DNA of 63,845 nt, the filler included. It is 6 parts of 6 records of this genome, joined end to end, with 100 filler letters (N's around TTAATTAATTAA, not from the genome) between each part and the next. Parts side by side here need not be neighbours in the genome. Positions count along the whole stretch, not along the records: positions 24,529 to 35,357 come from SRR31156797_17498; positions 35,458 to 41,729 come from SRR31156797_17505; 4 more parts are not named here. One strand, 5' to 3'. The first letter of the stretch is position 1, and each line of letters begins with the position of its first letter. Below, in pieces: positions 28,967 to 38,757 of the stretch. The notes beneath the pieces are model-generated. The model searched no databases, had not been told where the DNA came from, and saw only the letters and a list, made by a program, of their open reading frames with translations. The position numbers and the translations under genes were made by a program.

Positions 28967-30361
28967 ATGGAAAAAATCAAACAAACTTTACGCGACAAGC
29001 CTGCAGCACGCTGGATGATGATGCTTCTCGTAAGTTTCTTAATGGCTGCAAACTACTATTTTTATGATGCACTATCCCCGCTCAAAAACCTCCTTCAGGA
29101 ACAACTGAATTTTAGTTCGCAGGATTTTGGAATTGTGGCAGGCTTTTATGCTTTTCCAAATACATTTTTGCTGATGGCAATTCTCGGTGGTATCATCCTG
29201 GATAAGCTGGGCATCAGGCCCACAGGGTTGTTATTTGCAGTGTTTATGCTAATCGGGGCATTTGTTACTGCTTACGGAACCACTGAGTATTATACCAATG
29301 GTGGTTTAGGATATGGCCTTATGCAGTCCTTTCTGCCCGATTATTCCCCTGAAATAAAGATGATGTCTCTTGGGATGTTACTCTTTGGGCTGGGTGCCGA
29401 AACCAGTATTGTTGTCACCAGCAAAATACTTGTAAAGTGGTTTAAAGGGTACGAGATTGCACTTGCATTTGCACTCAATCTCGGTATTGCACGTATTGGT
29501 ACTGCACTTGCTTTTAATATTTCTCCCAGGCTGGTAATGCCTGATTTTTGGGCTGCGCCGGTATGGTTTGCCGTTATGTTGCTGTTGATCGGGTTCCTGT
29601 TTTTCCTGGTTTATATCATCTACGATGTAAAACTTGACAGGCAGGAAAAATCACAGAAAAGCCTCCTCGACAAAGAGGAGGAGTTTAAGATTAGCGACCT
29701 GGGAAAGCTATTCACGAACCGTTCGTTTTTATTTATCACTGCTTTGTGCGTTACCTTTTATGCGGCCGTATTTCCGTTTCTGAAATTTGCTCCCGACTTT
29801 TTCCATCACAAGTTTGGGGTTTCCACCAAAACCGCTGGCGATATTGCTTCCATGCTGCCTTATGGTACGGTATTGTTTACGCCATTGTTTGGTTGGGTTG
29901 TGGATAAATATGGCAAAGGTGCCACATTGATGATCTATGGTTCGCTGATACTGATTTTTGTCCATCTGATGTTTAGTTTAACCACCTTTAATGTGTATAT
30001 TTTAATGGTGCTTTTGGGAATCGCCTTTTCGCTTGTTCCTGCCGCCATGTGGCCATCAGTTGCCAAAATTGTCCCTGAGCACAGGATTGGAACTGCTTAT
30101 GGAGCTATGTTTTCATTGCAGAATCTTGGGTTGTTTGCAGTGCCGATTCTTGCCGGAACTATACTTGACATCACGAATCCTGGAATTACCTCCGATATGA
30201 TAAGTGAAGGTGCTAAACTTGAATATACCCAAACCATCATGATGTTTGCCGGTTTTGGAATAGTTGGGTTTGTTTTTTCACTCCTGCTTAAATGGGATGA
30301 TAAAACATCGGGTTATGGGCTTGAGTTACCTTCCAATGAAATGGTGAAAGAAGAAAAGTAA
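28967..30361 (+). CDS. MFS transporter, MFSD1-like (copy 1)
   Basis: ATG at 28967. YYFYDALSPL, YAFPN, GGIILDKLGIR, GLGAETSIVV-KWFKGYEIALAF-IARIG and MWPSVAKIVPEHRIGTAYG-QNLGL. Confidence 0.85.
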   Translation: MEKIKQTLRDKPAARWMMMLLVSFLMAANYYFYDALSPLKNLLQEQLNFSSQDFGIVAGFYAFPNTFLLMAILGGIILDKLGIRPTGLLFAVFMLIGAFVTAYGTTEYYTNGGLGYGLMQSFLPDYSPEIKMMSLGMLLFGLGAETSIVVTSKILVKWFKGYEIALAFALNLGIARIGTALAFNISPRLVMPDFWAAPVWFAVMLLLIGFLFFLVYIIYDVKLDRQEKSQKSLLDKEEEFKISDLGKLFTNRSFLFITALCVTFYAAVFPFLKFAPDFFHHKFGVSTKTAGDIASMLPYGTVLFTPLFGWVVDKYGKGATLMIYGSLILIFVHLMFSLTTFNVYILMVLLGIAFSLVPAAMWPSVAKIVPEHRIGTAYGAMFSLQNLGLFAVPILAGTILDITNPGITSDMISEGAKLEYTQTIMMFAGFGIVGFVFSLLLKWDDKTSGYGLELPSNEMVKEEK

Positions 30362-30374
30362 TATAATTCAGGCT

Positions 30375-31766
30375 ATGAACTTAAATAAACGAACGCTCAG
30401 GGATACCACTACCACGAGGTTTTCTATATTGGTATTGGTTGCTTTTGTACAGGCTGCCAACTATTATTTCTATGATGCCATCTCGCCACTAAAACGAACC
30501 CTGGAAACTGAGTTTGGGTTTAGCTCTTCCGATTTTGGATTGTTTGTATCCTTCTATTCTGTGCCGAACACTTTCTTGTTGATGGCTGTTTTGGGAGGAG
30601 TCATCCTGGATAAACTTGGAATTCGTCGAACAGGATCCTTATTTGTGGGCCTGATGACAATTGGAGGTTTTATTACAGCTTATGGTGCCAGCAGCTACTA
30701 CACATCCGGTGGGCCAATGTATCAGTTTATGGGTGCTTTTTGGACAGACTATTCACCTGAACTTAAAATGATGCTGCTTGGCAGATTCTTTTACGGACTT
30801 GGAGCTGAAACAAGTATTGTGGTGATTAGCAAAACCATTGTAAAATGGTTTAAAGGCAAGGAACTCGCTTTAGCTTTCGGTTTGAAAATTGGAATTGCCA
30901 GGTTGGGGTCATTTGCTGCTTTTTACTTTTCACCTATCATTAAAAATAATGCATCACACTGGACCGTAGCCATCTGGTTTGCAGCCATCCTGCTGGGAGT
31001 CGCATTTTTAGCATTCCTGTATTATACCATTTTCGATAAAAAACTAGACCGACAAACCGGTGAATATAATGCCCTGCTCAAGGAGGAAGACCGGTTTAAA
31101 TGGGCTGATTTGTGGGCGCTGCTAACCAATCGCTCATTTATTTATGTGTCATTACTTTGTGTAACATTTTATTCAGCTGTATTTCCATTCCAGTCATTCT
31201 CTGCTGATTTTCTGCTGAATAAATTTGGACTTAGTGAGGAGCATAGTGGTCAGATTGCATCCTATTTGAGTTTGGGTACATTATTCTTTACGCCTTTTTT
31301 TGGTTGGCTGGTCGACCGGATCGGGAAGAGTGCCACCTTTATGATTTTTGGTTCACTAATGCTTGTTGCTATTCACCTTACTTTTGGCCTCACAATGGTA
31401 AATCCGGTAATTCCTATGGTTCTGCTGGGTGTAACGTTTTCGCTGGTTCCGGCTGCCATGTGGCCTTCGGTGGCGAAAATTGTTGATGAGAACAGAATTG
31501 GTACCGCATATGGGGCAATGTTTTCCATACAGAATCTGGGGTTGTGGGCATTTCCTTTGCTTATTGGTATTGTGCTGGATTCTACAAATCCTGAAATTAC
31601 GGAAGCTGTTAAGGCAACAGGAAATTATGCCTACGATTACACATGGGCTATCCTCATGTTAGCGGGGCTTGGCATAGCTGGTTTAATATTTGCACTGCTC
31701 CTGAAACGCGAGGATAAAGTTTCCGGTTACGGATTGGATTTGCCCTCAAACTCAAAAGCTGATTAA
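30375..31766 (+). CDS. MFS transporter, MFSD1-like (copy 2, tandem paralogue)
   Basis: Same motifs as copy 1 (GRFFYGLGAETS, WFKGKELALAFG, MWPSVAKIV-GTAYG-QNLGL). Both end in xSGYGLxLPSN. Confidence 0.85.
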   Translation: MNLNKRTLRDTTTTRFSILVLVAFVQAANYYFYDAISPLKRTLETEFGFSSSDFGLFVSFYSVPNTFLLMAVLGGVILDKLGIRRTGSLFVGLMTIGGFITAYGASSYYTSGGPMYQFMGAFWTDYSPELKMMLLGRFFYGLGAETSIVVISKTIVKWFKGKELALAFGLKIGIARLGSFAAFYFSPIIKNNASHWTVAIWFAAILLGVAFLAFLYYTIFDKKLDRQTGEYNALLKEEDRFKWADLWALLTNRSFIYVSLLCVTFYSAVFPFQSFSADFLLNKFGLSEEHSGQIASYLSLGTLFFTPFFGWLVDRIGKSATFMIFGSLMLVAIHLTFGLTMVNPVIPMVLLGVTFSLVPAAMWPSVAKIVDENRIGTAYGAMFSIQNLGLWAFPLLIGIVLDSTNPEITEAVKATGNYAYDYTWAILMLAGLGIAGLIFALLLKREDKVSGYGLDLPSNSKAD

Positions 31767-31813
31767 AAGTTTCTGCCTTTCATTTATCTTTAGGTCTTCA
31801 ATTTTATAACAAA

Positions 31814-33361
31814 ATGATGCCTGAAAGATTCATAATCTTTTTTTTGTGTTTGCAGGTTCTGGGTTGCAGCCTGGGCTATGCCCAACAAGACGTGCCGGTT
31901 TATGTTGGTGATCCTGTCAACAATGTTGAAGGTAGAATGTCACCCATATTGGATGAAGACCGGGAACTGATGTATTTGCTTGAAACAGAAGAAGATGGAA
32001 ATGTAAATTTTCAGGACGGCGTTTCGGGTATCCTCCAATTCAATAAGGCGCTCGAATTAGACCATGAGATCAAATTTACTGATCCCAGCGAATCACAGTA
32101 TCCTGAGTTCAAGCCACTAAAGTTATGTAAACTGGATAGCGGTTTTATCCTGCTGGGAAAACATTACGCTGCACGAACAAAAGACATCAAATCATACCTG
32201 TTTTTGTTGGATGAATCAGGAATGGTGATTCGCATTGTCAATCCGGCCTCCATTCAGGGGGTAGATAAGTCGGATGCTGATTTTACTTTTTTCAGGCTTT
32301 CTCGTATCAACAGTTCCATTGATTCTTCGAAGCATTACGTATTATCAGTTGTTTCTCCTTCATTCCTCGAATCAAAAGAAAAAATCAATTTTATCATTTA
32401 CGACGAAAATCTCGATATAGTCAACAGTCACCTTTTGGACTACCCTGATGACCTGATAGAATATAATATCCAAAATATTTTGTCTTCCGGCGGAGGTTTA
32501 TTTTTTATTCGGGTCGAAATTTCCAACCCATTTAAAGATGGAGAAACCATCCATCAACTTGTGATTTATGATATTCACAATGATGATTTTAATTCGTTCG
32601 AGTTGAATTTTGTGGAGGCAATGATCAAACAATCTGCGATTTTAAAGATCACTGATGAAGTAATAAGTTTGTACGGGTACTTTGTTAAGGGTGTGCATCA
32701 GGAAGAGCCGGAAGGCGTGTTTTATTATCTGTTTGATGCAACAAACGCATCACTGCTTCGGCAGCACATTTATGAGTTTACCGATAGCGAAAAAGCGCTG
32801 ATTGATCCGGCAAATAATGCATCCACGTCGGCGTATCAACATTTTAAACCTGCTGGTATTCATCTCACCAGGCACAATCACTTGCTATTACTTATGGAGT
32901 ATCGGTGGCAAAGCATCCTGCTGATACGTGACCAGGAAGGTATGATGTACGATCAGCCTTACCATTATGCCAACGAGGGGTTTGTGTTAAGGTTTGATGC
33001 AAAGAATGAGCTTGTTGGTTCGGCTAAATTTCCAAAGAAACAGATGTCGGGAAATGGAGATGATGGCCTGGGCTTTGTCAGCTGCCTTGCAAACGATGCC
33101 TTGTACCTGATTTACAATGATAATCCAAGAAATCGAAAAGTGTTAAGGGCAGACAAATTAAAAACCATGAAACGTAAGTTCGAAACCATGCTTGGTAAAT
33201 ATGATTTGAATTCCGGGCAATTCAGTAAGGTTAAATTTGGAGATGATTCAGGAGATTTGATCATTTATCCGGCGGAGGCGATCAGACAAAATCAGGGAAA
33301 AATTATTTTGAATAACAGGAAGGGTAGGCCCGGGCTGATCTCGGTTGGTGGAAATGAGTGA
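31814..33361 (+). CDS. Hypothetical secreted protein, beta-rich
   Basis: 515-aa ORF with a signal-peptide-like N-terminus and no recognised catalytic motif. Confidence 0.7.
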   Translation: MMPERFIIFFLCLQVLGCSLGYAQQDVPVYVGDPVNNVEGRMSPILDEDRELMYLLETEEDGNVNFQDGVSGILQFNKALELDHEIKFTDPSESQYPEFKPLKLCKLDSGFILLGKHYAARTKDIKSYLFLLDESGMVIRIVNPASIQGVDKSDADFTFFRLSRINSSIDSSKHYVLSVVSPSFLESKEKINFIIYDENLDIVNSHLLDYPDDLIEYNIQNILSSGGGLFFIRVEISNPFKDGETIHQLVIYDIHNDDFNSFELNFVEAMIKQSAILKITDEVISLYGYFVKGVHQEEPEGVFYYLFDATNASLLRQHIYEFTDSEKALIDPANNASTSAYQHFKPAGIHLTRHNHLLLLMEYRWQSILLIRDQEGMMYDQPYHYANEGFVLRFDAKNELVGSAKFPKKQMSGNGDDGLGFVSCLANDALYLIYNDNPRNRKVLRADKLKTMKRKFETMLGKYDLNSGQFSKVKFGDDSGDLIIYPAEAIRQNQGKIILNNRKGRPGLISVGGNE

Positions 33362-33377
33362 TAATGGCCATTTTAAT

Positions 33378-34289
33378 TTAGTGACTACTGCCCATCGGGT
33401 GAAACTTTTCGATGGTTTCACGCAGAAATTTCCGGTCGAGATGTGTATAAATTTCTGTGGTTGTAATCGACTCATGCCCCAGCATATCCTGAACTGCGCG
33501 CAAATCAGCTCCACCCTCCACAAGATGCGTGGCAAAGGAATGGCGCAATGTGTGCGGGCTGATTTTTTTGCGGATACCTGCACGCTCAGCAAGGCTTTTT
33601 ACGATATAAAAAACCATCACCCGGGTCATTTGTTTTCCCCGCCTGTTGACAAATACAAAGTCTTCAGATCCTTTTTTGATCGCCTGATGCACACGAACAT
33701 GATTTAAATATCTTTGGATTTGATCCATGGCTTGTTTCCCAACTGGTACCCACCGTTCCTTATTCCCTTTGCCGGTAATTTTCATAAATCCCAGGTCGAA
33801 ATGCAGATTTGAAATTTTCAGGCTGATGAGCTCTGAAACACGCAGTCCGCAGCCATAAAGTGTTTCGATGATCGCACGGTTGCGTTCGCCTTCAGGTTTC
33901 GAAAGGTCAACTGCCGCAATCAGATTCTCAACCTCTTCCATGTTCAGGGTATCCGGGAGCTTTCGGCCTGTTTTTGGGGTTTCCAGCAGCTGGGTTGGGT
34001 CGTTGGTAATCAAGTCTTCGAGCAATAGGTAGTGGTAAAATGCCCGGATTCCTGAAATTATTCTGGCCTGGCTGTTTGCGCTCATGCCCAGATCGTTGAT
34101 CCAAACAATAAAATCTTTTAGGTGCTGAAAAGTGAGTTTTGCGGGCGAGGGAATTTTTTCCTGGCTGATTTCAAGAAACTGCCTGAGTTTTTCGATGTCA
34201 TGTTGATAGGCCTGAATGGAGTTATCAGATAAAGATTTTTCCAATTTTAAAAACGACCGGAATCCTTTGATATGTATTTCCCAGTTCAT
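33378..34289 (-). CDS. xerD: Site-specific tyrosine recombinase XerD
   Basis: LYGCGLRVSEL, GKGNKER and SPHTLRHSFATHL-LRAVQDMLGHESITTTEIYTH. Confidence 0.9.
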   Translation of the reverse strand: MNWEIHIKGFRSFLKLEKSLSDNSIQAYQHDIEKLRQFLEISQEKIPSPAKLTFQHLKDFIVWINDLGMSANSQARIISGIRAFYHYLLLEDLITNDPTQLLETPKTGRKLPDTLNMEEVENLIAAVDLSKPEGERNRAIIETLYGCGLRVSELISLKISNLHFDLGFMKITGKGNKERWVPVGKQAMDQIQRYLNHVRVHQAIKKGSEDFVFVNRRGKQMTRVMVFYIVKSLAERAGIRKKISPHTLRHSFATHLVEGGADLRAVQDMLGHESITTTEIYTHLDRKFLRETIEKFHPMGSSH

Positions 34290-34462
34290 CCTTATTTTTG
34301 CTTGACCTTAAAAGTGTTATCGATCGAAATACAAAAACCGGATTGCTGGACAAATTTTCTCGTCGGAAATCTATTGATTAAAGAAATGTGAAGTAAATGA
34401 TTCATGGACAAAAAATTGCGTGTATCAAAATTATTAAGGTGGCGGGATGGTGATTCCTAGCG

Positions 34463-35356
34463 TCAATATCCGTATTTATCCTTCCACCTGGATTTAAGCC
34501 ATTTACGGGTATCCTCTTCCCGCGTATTTTTTCCGGGTTCATAAAATTTGTGCCCTTTAAGTTTTTCCGGTAAAAATTCCTGCTCCACAAAATTGCGGTT
34601 GTAACCATGTGCATATTTGTAATCTTTTCCGTAACCAATTTCCTTCATCAGCTTTGTGGGAGCATTGCGGATGTGCAGTGGAACTGGCAAATCGCCGGTT
34701 TTTTTTACCAGTGCAAGCGCTTCATCAATAGCCATGTAGGTAGCATTACTTTTGGGAGAGGTGGCCAGGTAAACTGCCGTTTGCGACAGAATGATCCGGC
34801 CTTCGGGCCAACCAATTTTGTTGATGGCGTCAAAACAAGTATTGGCCAGCAGCAGTGCGTTTGGATTTGCATTCCCAATGTCTTCAGAGGCAAGGATTAC
34901 AAGCCTTCGTGCAATAAATTTTGGATCCTCGCCGCCTTCAATCATGCGCGCCAGCCAGTAAACTGCTGCGTTCGGGTCGCTTCCGCGGATAGATTTTATG
35001 AATGCAGAAATAATGTCATAATGCTGCTCTCCTGCCTTATCATAAATAGCCATATTTTGCTGGATCGTATCCAGAATGGCTTTGTTGGTAATTTCAAGTT
35101 TTTCACTGCCATGTTGAGATTTCACAGCTAACTCGATGGCATTAAAAAGTTTGCGGGCATCGCCTCCCGAAACTCTCAACAGTGCCTCATCTTCCCTTAC
35201 CTCAATTTTTTTATCCATGTTATCCCCGAAGTGTTTGACAGCAGAACTGATCATTTTTTGAAGGTCGGATTTGGATAATGGTTTCAGGATATATACCTGA
35301 CACCGGGAAAGTAGTGGAGAGATTACTTCAAACGAAGGGTTTTCGGTGGTAGCGCC
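34463..35356 (-). CDS. rarA: Replication-associated recombination protein A (RarA/MgsA), 5'-truncated
   Basis: Frame open to the contig edge (GATTENPSFEV-LLSRC). HYDIISAFIKSIRGSD, ASEDIGNANP and VPLHIRNAPT. Confidence 0.93.
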   Translation of the reverse strand, partial: GATTENPSFEVISPLLSRCQVYILKPLSKSDLQKMISSAVKHFGDNMDKKIEVREDEALLRVSGGDARKLFNAIELAVKSQHGSEKLEITNKAILDTIQQNMAIYDKAGEQHYDIISAFIKSIRGSDPNAAVYWLARMIEGGEDPKFIARRLVILASEDIGNANPNALLLANTCFDAINKIGWPEGRIILSQTAVYLATSPKSNATYMAIDEALALVKKTGDLPVPLHIRNAPTKLMKEIGYGKDYKYAHGYNRNFVEQEFLPEKLKGHKFYEPGKNTREEDTRKWLKSRWKDKYGY

Positions 35357-35357
35357 A

Positions 35358-35457
35358 NNNNNNNNNNNNNNNNNNNNNNNNNNNNNNNNNNNNNNNNNNN
35401 NTTAATTAATTAANNNNNNNNNNNNNNNNNNNNNNNNNNNNNNNNNNNNNNNNNNNN
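35358..35457. other. Artificial contig spacer
   Basis: N44-TTAATTAATTAA-N44. Confidence 0.98.
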
Positions 35458-35485
35458 CACATATCGAAGCGATCAGCGACAGCGA

Positions 35486-38410
35486 CTAACGGACACGACG
35501 CTTTGCCAACCAGGTCAGCATGAGCATCGGAAGCATGTACATGCACAATCCGAAGATACCGCAACAGTTCTGTGAACCCTGGTTGGTCTCAACGTCAGGC
35601 ACATCCTGTGACGAATTATCATTCGAATTCTGATTGGAGTTCTGGTTGTCGTTATCTGGTGTAGGAGCCGGAGGTTCAACTTCCTCGCAGGCATCCCCGA
35701 CGCCGTCGCTGTTGGCATCTTCCTGATCCGCATTGGCTACGTCAGGACAGTTATCGCAGGCATCGCCAACACCATCTTCATCAGCATCCGCCTGGTCGGC
35801 ATCCGCGATAAACGGACAGACATCACAGGCATCGCCAACGCCGTCAACATCTGCATCCAACTGGGCGACATTTGGCGTTTCGATGCAATTGTCCTCTACA
35901 TCCCCGATGCTGTCATCATCGAGATCATCCTGATCGTTGTTGGCCGTTTTCGGGGCATTGTCGCATGCATCCCCGAAGTTATCTCCATCTTCGTTTTCCT
36001 GATCCGGGTTCGGCGTCTCTGGACAGTTATCTGCATTGTCACAGACGCCATCAAAATCACCGTCCCGACATCCTGCCGGACCAACAATAGGCGGTACAGG
36101 CGGAACGAAATCGCCACACTCATCAGGAATCCCGTTCACATTCAGGTCCTGGCTGGTACCGTCGCGAATGTCACATTCGTCCGCAATCCCGTTGGTATTG
36201 CAGTCAGCTTCCACCTCATCCGGAATACCATTGGAATTACAGTCGTCACTGGTTCCGTCTGCGATGTCGCAATAATCGGGGATCCCGTTGGTATTCAGAT
36301 CAGGATCACATTCGTCAGGGACACCGTTGGTGTCGCAGTCGTTGCCAGTCAGTTCACATTCATCCGGAACAGAGTTGGAATTGCAGTCAATCGAGAAACC
36401 ATCTGCAAGATCACAGTCATCCGGAATACCATTGGCGTTGCAGTCCGTTTCGCATTCATCCAGAACGCCATTGGAATTGCAGTCCGGAGCGCCATCAGCA
36501 ATCTCGCAATCATCTGCGATGCCGTTGGTGTTACAATCCAGATCGCATTCATCAGGTACACCATTCGAGTTGCAATCCAGGCTGAAGCCGGTTTGCAGGT
36601 CCATGTTGTCCGGAGCACCATTGTGGTTGCAGTCCAGTTCAAGACGCCTGAACTCCCAGCCACCCTGCGGCATCTCATCATACGGATCAGTCAGCAGGTT
36701 CATCGGATTCGCCATACCGAAGTACACCGTATCCTCTCCCGGCATCATCGTTCGGATACCATAGTTGGTATGATTCCCGAGTCCTTCCAGATCTGCAGCA
36801 ATAGCCGGAAGATCGGAACTGCGGATCACGTACAGGTCCGCTCCAGGATTGGAGAATGGCGGGAGATCCAGCCCGGGGAATTCACCAACAACAGAGGCAA
36901 TCATGTCCTGTGCAATGTAACTCCAGTCGAAGGTTCCCGTGAACAATCCATGAATCCCTTCTTCCATCGTCCATACATAGGTATTGTAGAAGTTTCCGAA
37001 ACCAGCCAGACCCCACATCGGGCTCTGCCCCATCCGGTTCGGCAGCAACAGCCAGATTCGATCAGGCCCAAACGGAAGAGGATTCTCTACATAGGCAGGC
37101 ATCTCGCTTAAACCATAAAGAAGCTGTATTTCCTGCTCAGGTGTTCCGAAATTCTTCCCACGGAACACGCTGACAGGACGATGACTGCCGAGAACGGCAA
37201 TTGCAAACTCGAGCGTACCAAGATCATACGCTCTCTGGTGAATCGAACCGGCGACTGCGGGCACGTGCATCGTTCCCCAATACAGCCAACCATCGAAGCT
37301 GTGTAATGCTCCTCCCATATAGCCGAATGCTGTCACATCATCAGCTTCATACTGGTTCACTGTCCAGACCATCTCCCACATATCAGCACTTTCCGGCAGT
37401 CCTTCAGGAGGAATGATCGGACTGCGATACAGAGCACACATATTCAGCGGACTGGGAGGCTTGAACAGGTCGGACCAGGTCGTCACGAACAGTCTGCCAT
37501 CAAACTCGTTGATGTAAGCACCGTCGCTGCCAAGGGTACCGACTTCGACAAACTGAAATGGATCCTCTACCGTTCCGGTCCAACGCAGGACACGTCCCAT
37601 TCCATCCAGGTGCATCACAGCGGTATACAGATGATCGCCAACGGCAGTCCAGCGACGAATGTTGGAGTAGTCCGTGAAGAAATGGGATCCCAGGTATTCG
37701 CCGGTCGTTGCGTTAAAGGCGAACATGCAGACACCTTCGACATCAGCCACGACAGCTCCTCTTGCCGGCCCGGACATGAATACGATGTCTCCGACAGCAC
37801 CTGCTGATCGCACACCGTCCATCATCATGACCAGAGGATCATCGGGAGTGATATTTTCGTTTACACCGGTTTCAATGTCATACACATAGAACTCTGCCGG
37901 TCGCCAGTCATCGACGCTGAACATTCCCTCTTCAAACTCACAGGCAAAAGAGCGTGACTCTATTGGACCGATCAAATCCGTCTGGGCAGCAATCCCGCCC
38001 ATCACACGACAGAGCATGTTGGATACTGTCCCGTACCAGATTTTCCCTGGAGAGCTGGTCATTCCCCAGATGTATCCCTGGTTGACCTTGGGAGTCCCGA
38101 AACAGGTTTCTTCCTCAAAATCAAACGGATACGCGTTATTCACGTCACCCAGACCGTAGTAGCACTCATCCGGAGTTGCCTTCTCAAGAAGCTCAGTCTG
38201 GAACAGCCATGCCTCGGGGGGCGGTAGATATGCGGGAGCTGTCTCACCATACAGCTGCTGCCACCATTGTTCGATCTCGACCTTCACCGTCTCGGCTGTT
38301 GCCGGATCACCAGGCTGCAAAGCAGCCGTTACAGTAACACTGTACATCGCACACAACACAAGGGCTGTGGCCATACAGACTCCATACTGCGTTCTTCTCG
38401 TGCAGTTCAT
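35486..38410 (-). CDS. Large secreted surface protein: unknown beta-rich N-terminal domain, DCNxNGxxDxC repeats, thrombospondin type 3 repeats and a C-terminal membrane anchor
   Basis: ATG at 38410 with a GAGGAGGA RBS and signal peptide. Repeats read directly from the translation. Tail is CCG-hydrophobic-KRRVR. Confidence 0.85.
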   Translation of the reverse strand: MNCTRRTQYGVCMATALVLCAMYSVTVTAALQPGDPATAETVKVEIEQWWQQLYGETAPAYLPPPEAWLFQTELLEKATPDECYYGLGDVNNAYPFDFEEETCFGTPKVNQGYIWGMTSSPGKIWYGTVSNMLCRVMGGIAAQTDLIGPIESRSFACEFEEGMFSVDDWRPAEFYVYDIETGVNENITPDDPLVMMMDGVRSAGAVGDIVFMSGPARGAVVADVEGVCMFAFNATTGEYLGSHFFTDYSNIRRWTAVGDHLYTAVMHLDGMGRVLRWTGTVEDPFQFVEVGTLGSDGAYINEFDGRLFVTTWSDLFKPPSPLNMCALYRSPIIPPEGLPESADMWEMVWTVNQYEADDVTAFGYMGGALHSFDGWLYWGTMHVPAVAGSIHQRAYDLGTLEFAIAVLGSHRPVSVFRGKNFGTPEQEIQLLYGLSEMPAYVENPLPFGPDRIWLLLPNRMGQSPMWGLAGFGNFYNTYVWTMEEGIHGLFTGTFDWSYIAQDMIASVVGEFPGLDLPPFSNPGADLYVIRSSDLPAIAADLEGLGNHTNYGIRTMMPGEDTVYFGMANPMNLLTDPYDEMPQGGWEFRRLELDCNHNGAPDNMDLQTGFSLDCNSNGVPDECDLDCNTNGIADDCEIADGAPDCNSNGVLDECETDCNANGIPDDCDLADGFSIDCNSNSVPDECELTGNDCDTNGVPDECDPDLNTNGIPDYCDIADGTSDDCNSNGIPDEVEADCNTNGIADECDIRDGTSQDLNVNGIPDECGDFVPPVPPIVGPAGCRDGDFDGVCDNADNCPETPNPDQENEDGDNFGDACDNAPKTANNDQDDLDDDSIGDVEDNCIETPNVAQLDADVDGVGDACDVCPFIADADQADADEDGVGDACDNCPDVANADQEDANSDGVGDACEEVEPPAPTPDNDNQNSNQNSNDNSSQDVPDVETNQGSQNCCGIFGLCMYMLPMLMLTWLAKRRVR
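35686..36634 (-). repeat. Coding repeats: 11 D(C/L)(N/D)xN(G/S)xxDxC-type units (about 36116-36634) and about 6 TSP3-like units (about 35686-36064)
   Basis: Examples are DCNSNGVPDEC, DCNTNGIADDC and DCNANGIPDDC, then DADEDGVGDACDNCPDVANADQ. Confidence 0.85.
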
Positions 38411-38670
38411 AATCAAATCCTCCTCAGATTCCTGTAAGCTAAGCTATTTTGAGTAGCAGTATTAACAAAGCAAAGAAAACAACTCTTCACTGTTTGTTAA
38501 CAGAGAGATGGCCCCACCCGAAACCACTTCTTTACAGTATAAATCACAGGAATGCCCAATTCAATTCGATCATGAAATTTATTATGTAGATTCACACGAA
38601 ACTCATGGTACAACAGGTATTCTGGTAAGTCTGGAAAAGTTTAACGATGATACTCCTCTTTAAATACGCA

Positions 38671-38698
38671 ACAAGGGGACCCGCGAAGGCCCCCTTGT
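38671..38698. terminator. Hairpin downstream of the MCP gene (probable terminator)
   Basis: ACAAGGGG-accc gcgaa ggc-CCCCTTGT inverted repeat, about 60 nt after the MCP stop. Confidence 0.55.
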
Positions 38699-38757
38699 CA
38701 CATAGGGTAATCCACAAAAATGTTAAGCACTGTCACTCCACGGACAGGTCTGGATCT

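Noticed and set aside
33378..34289. Tyrosine recombinase as a prophage or ICE integrase
   Set aside because: Size and motifs fit housekeeping XerD. The neighbours are core genes and no att sites or phage genes are present.
35686..36634. Regularly spaced DNA repeats resembling a CRISPR array
   Set aside because: They are degenerate, in-frame codon-level repeats of a protein motif. There are no identical direct repeats with spacers and no cas genes.
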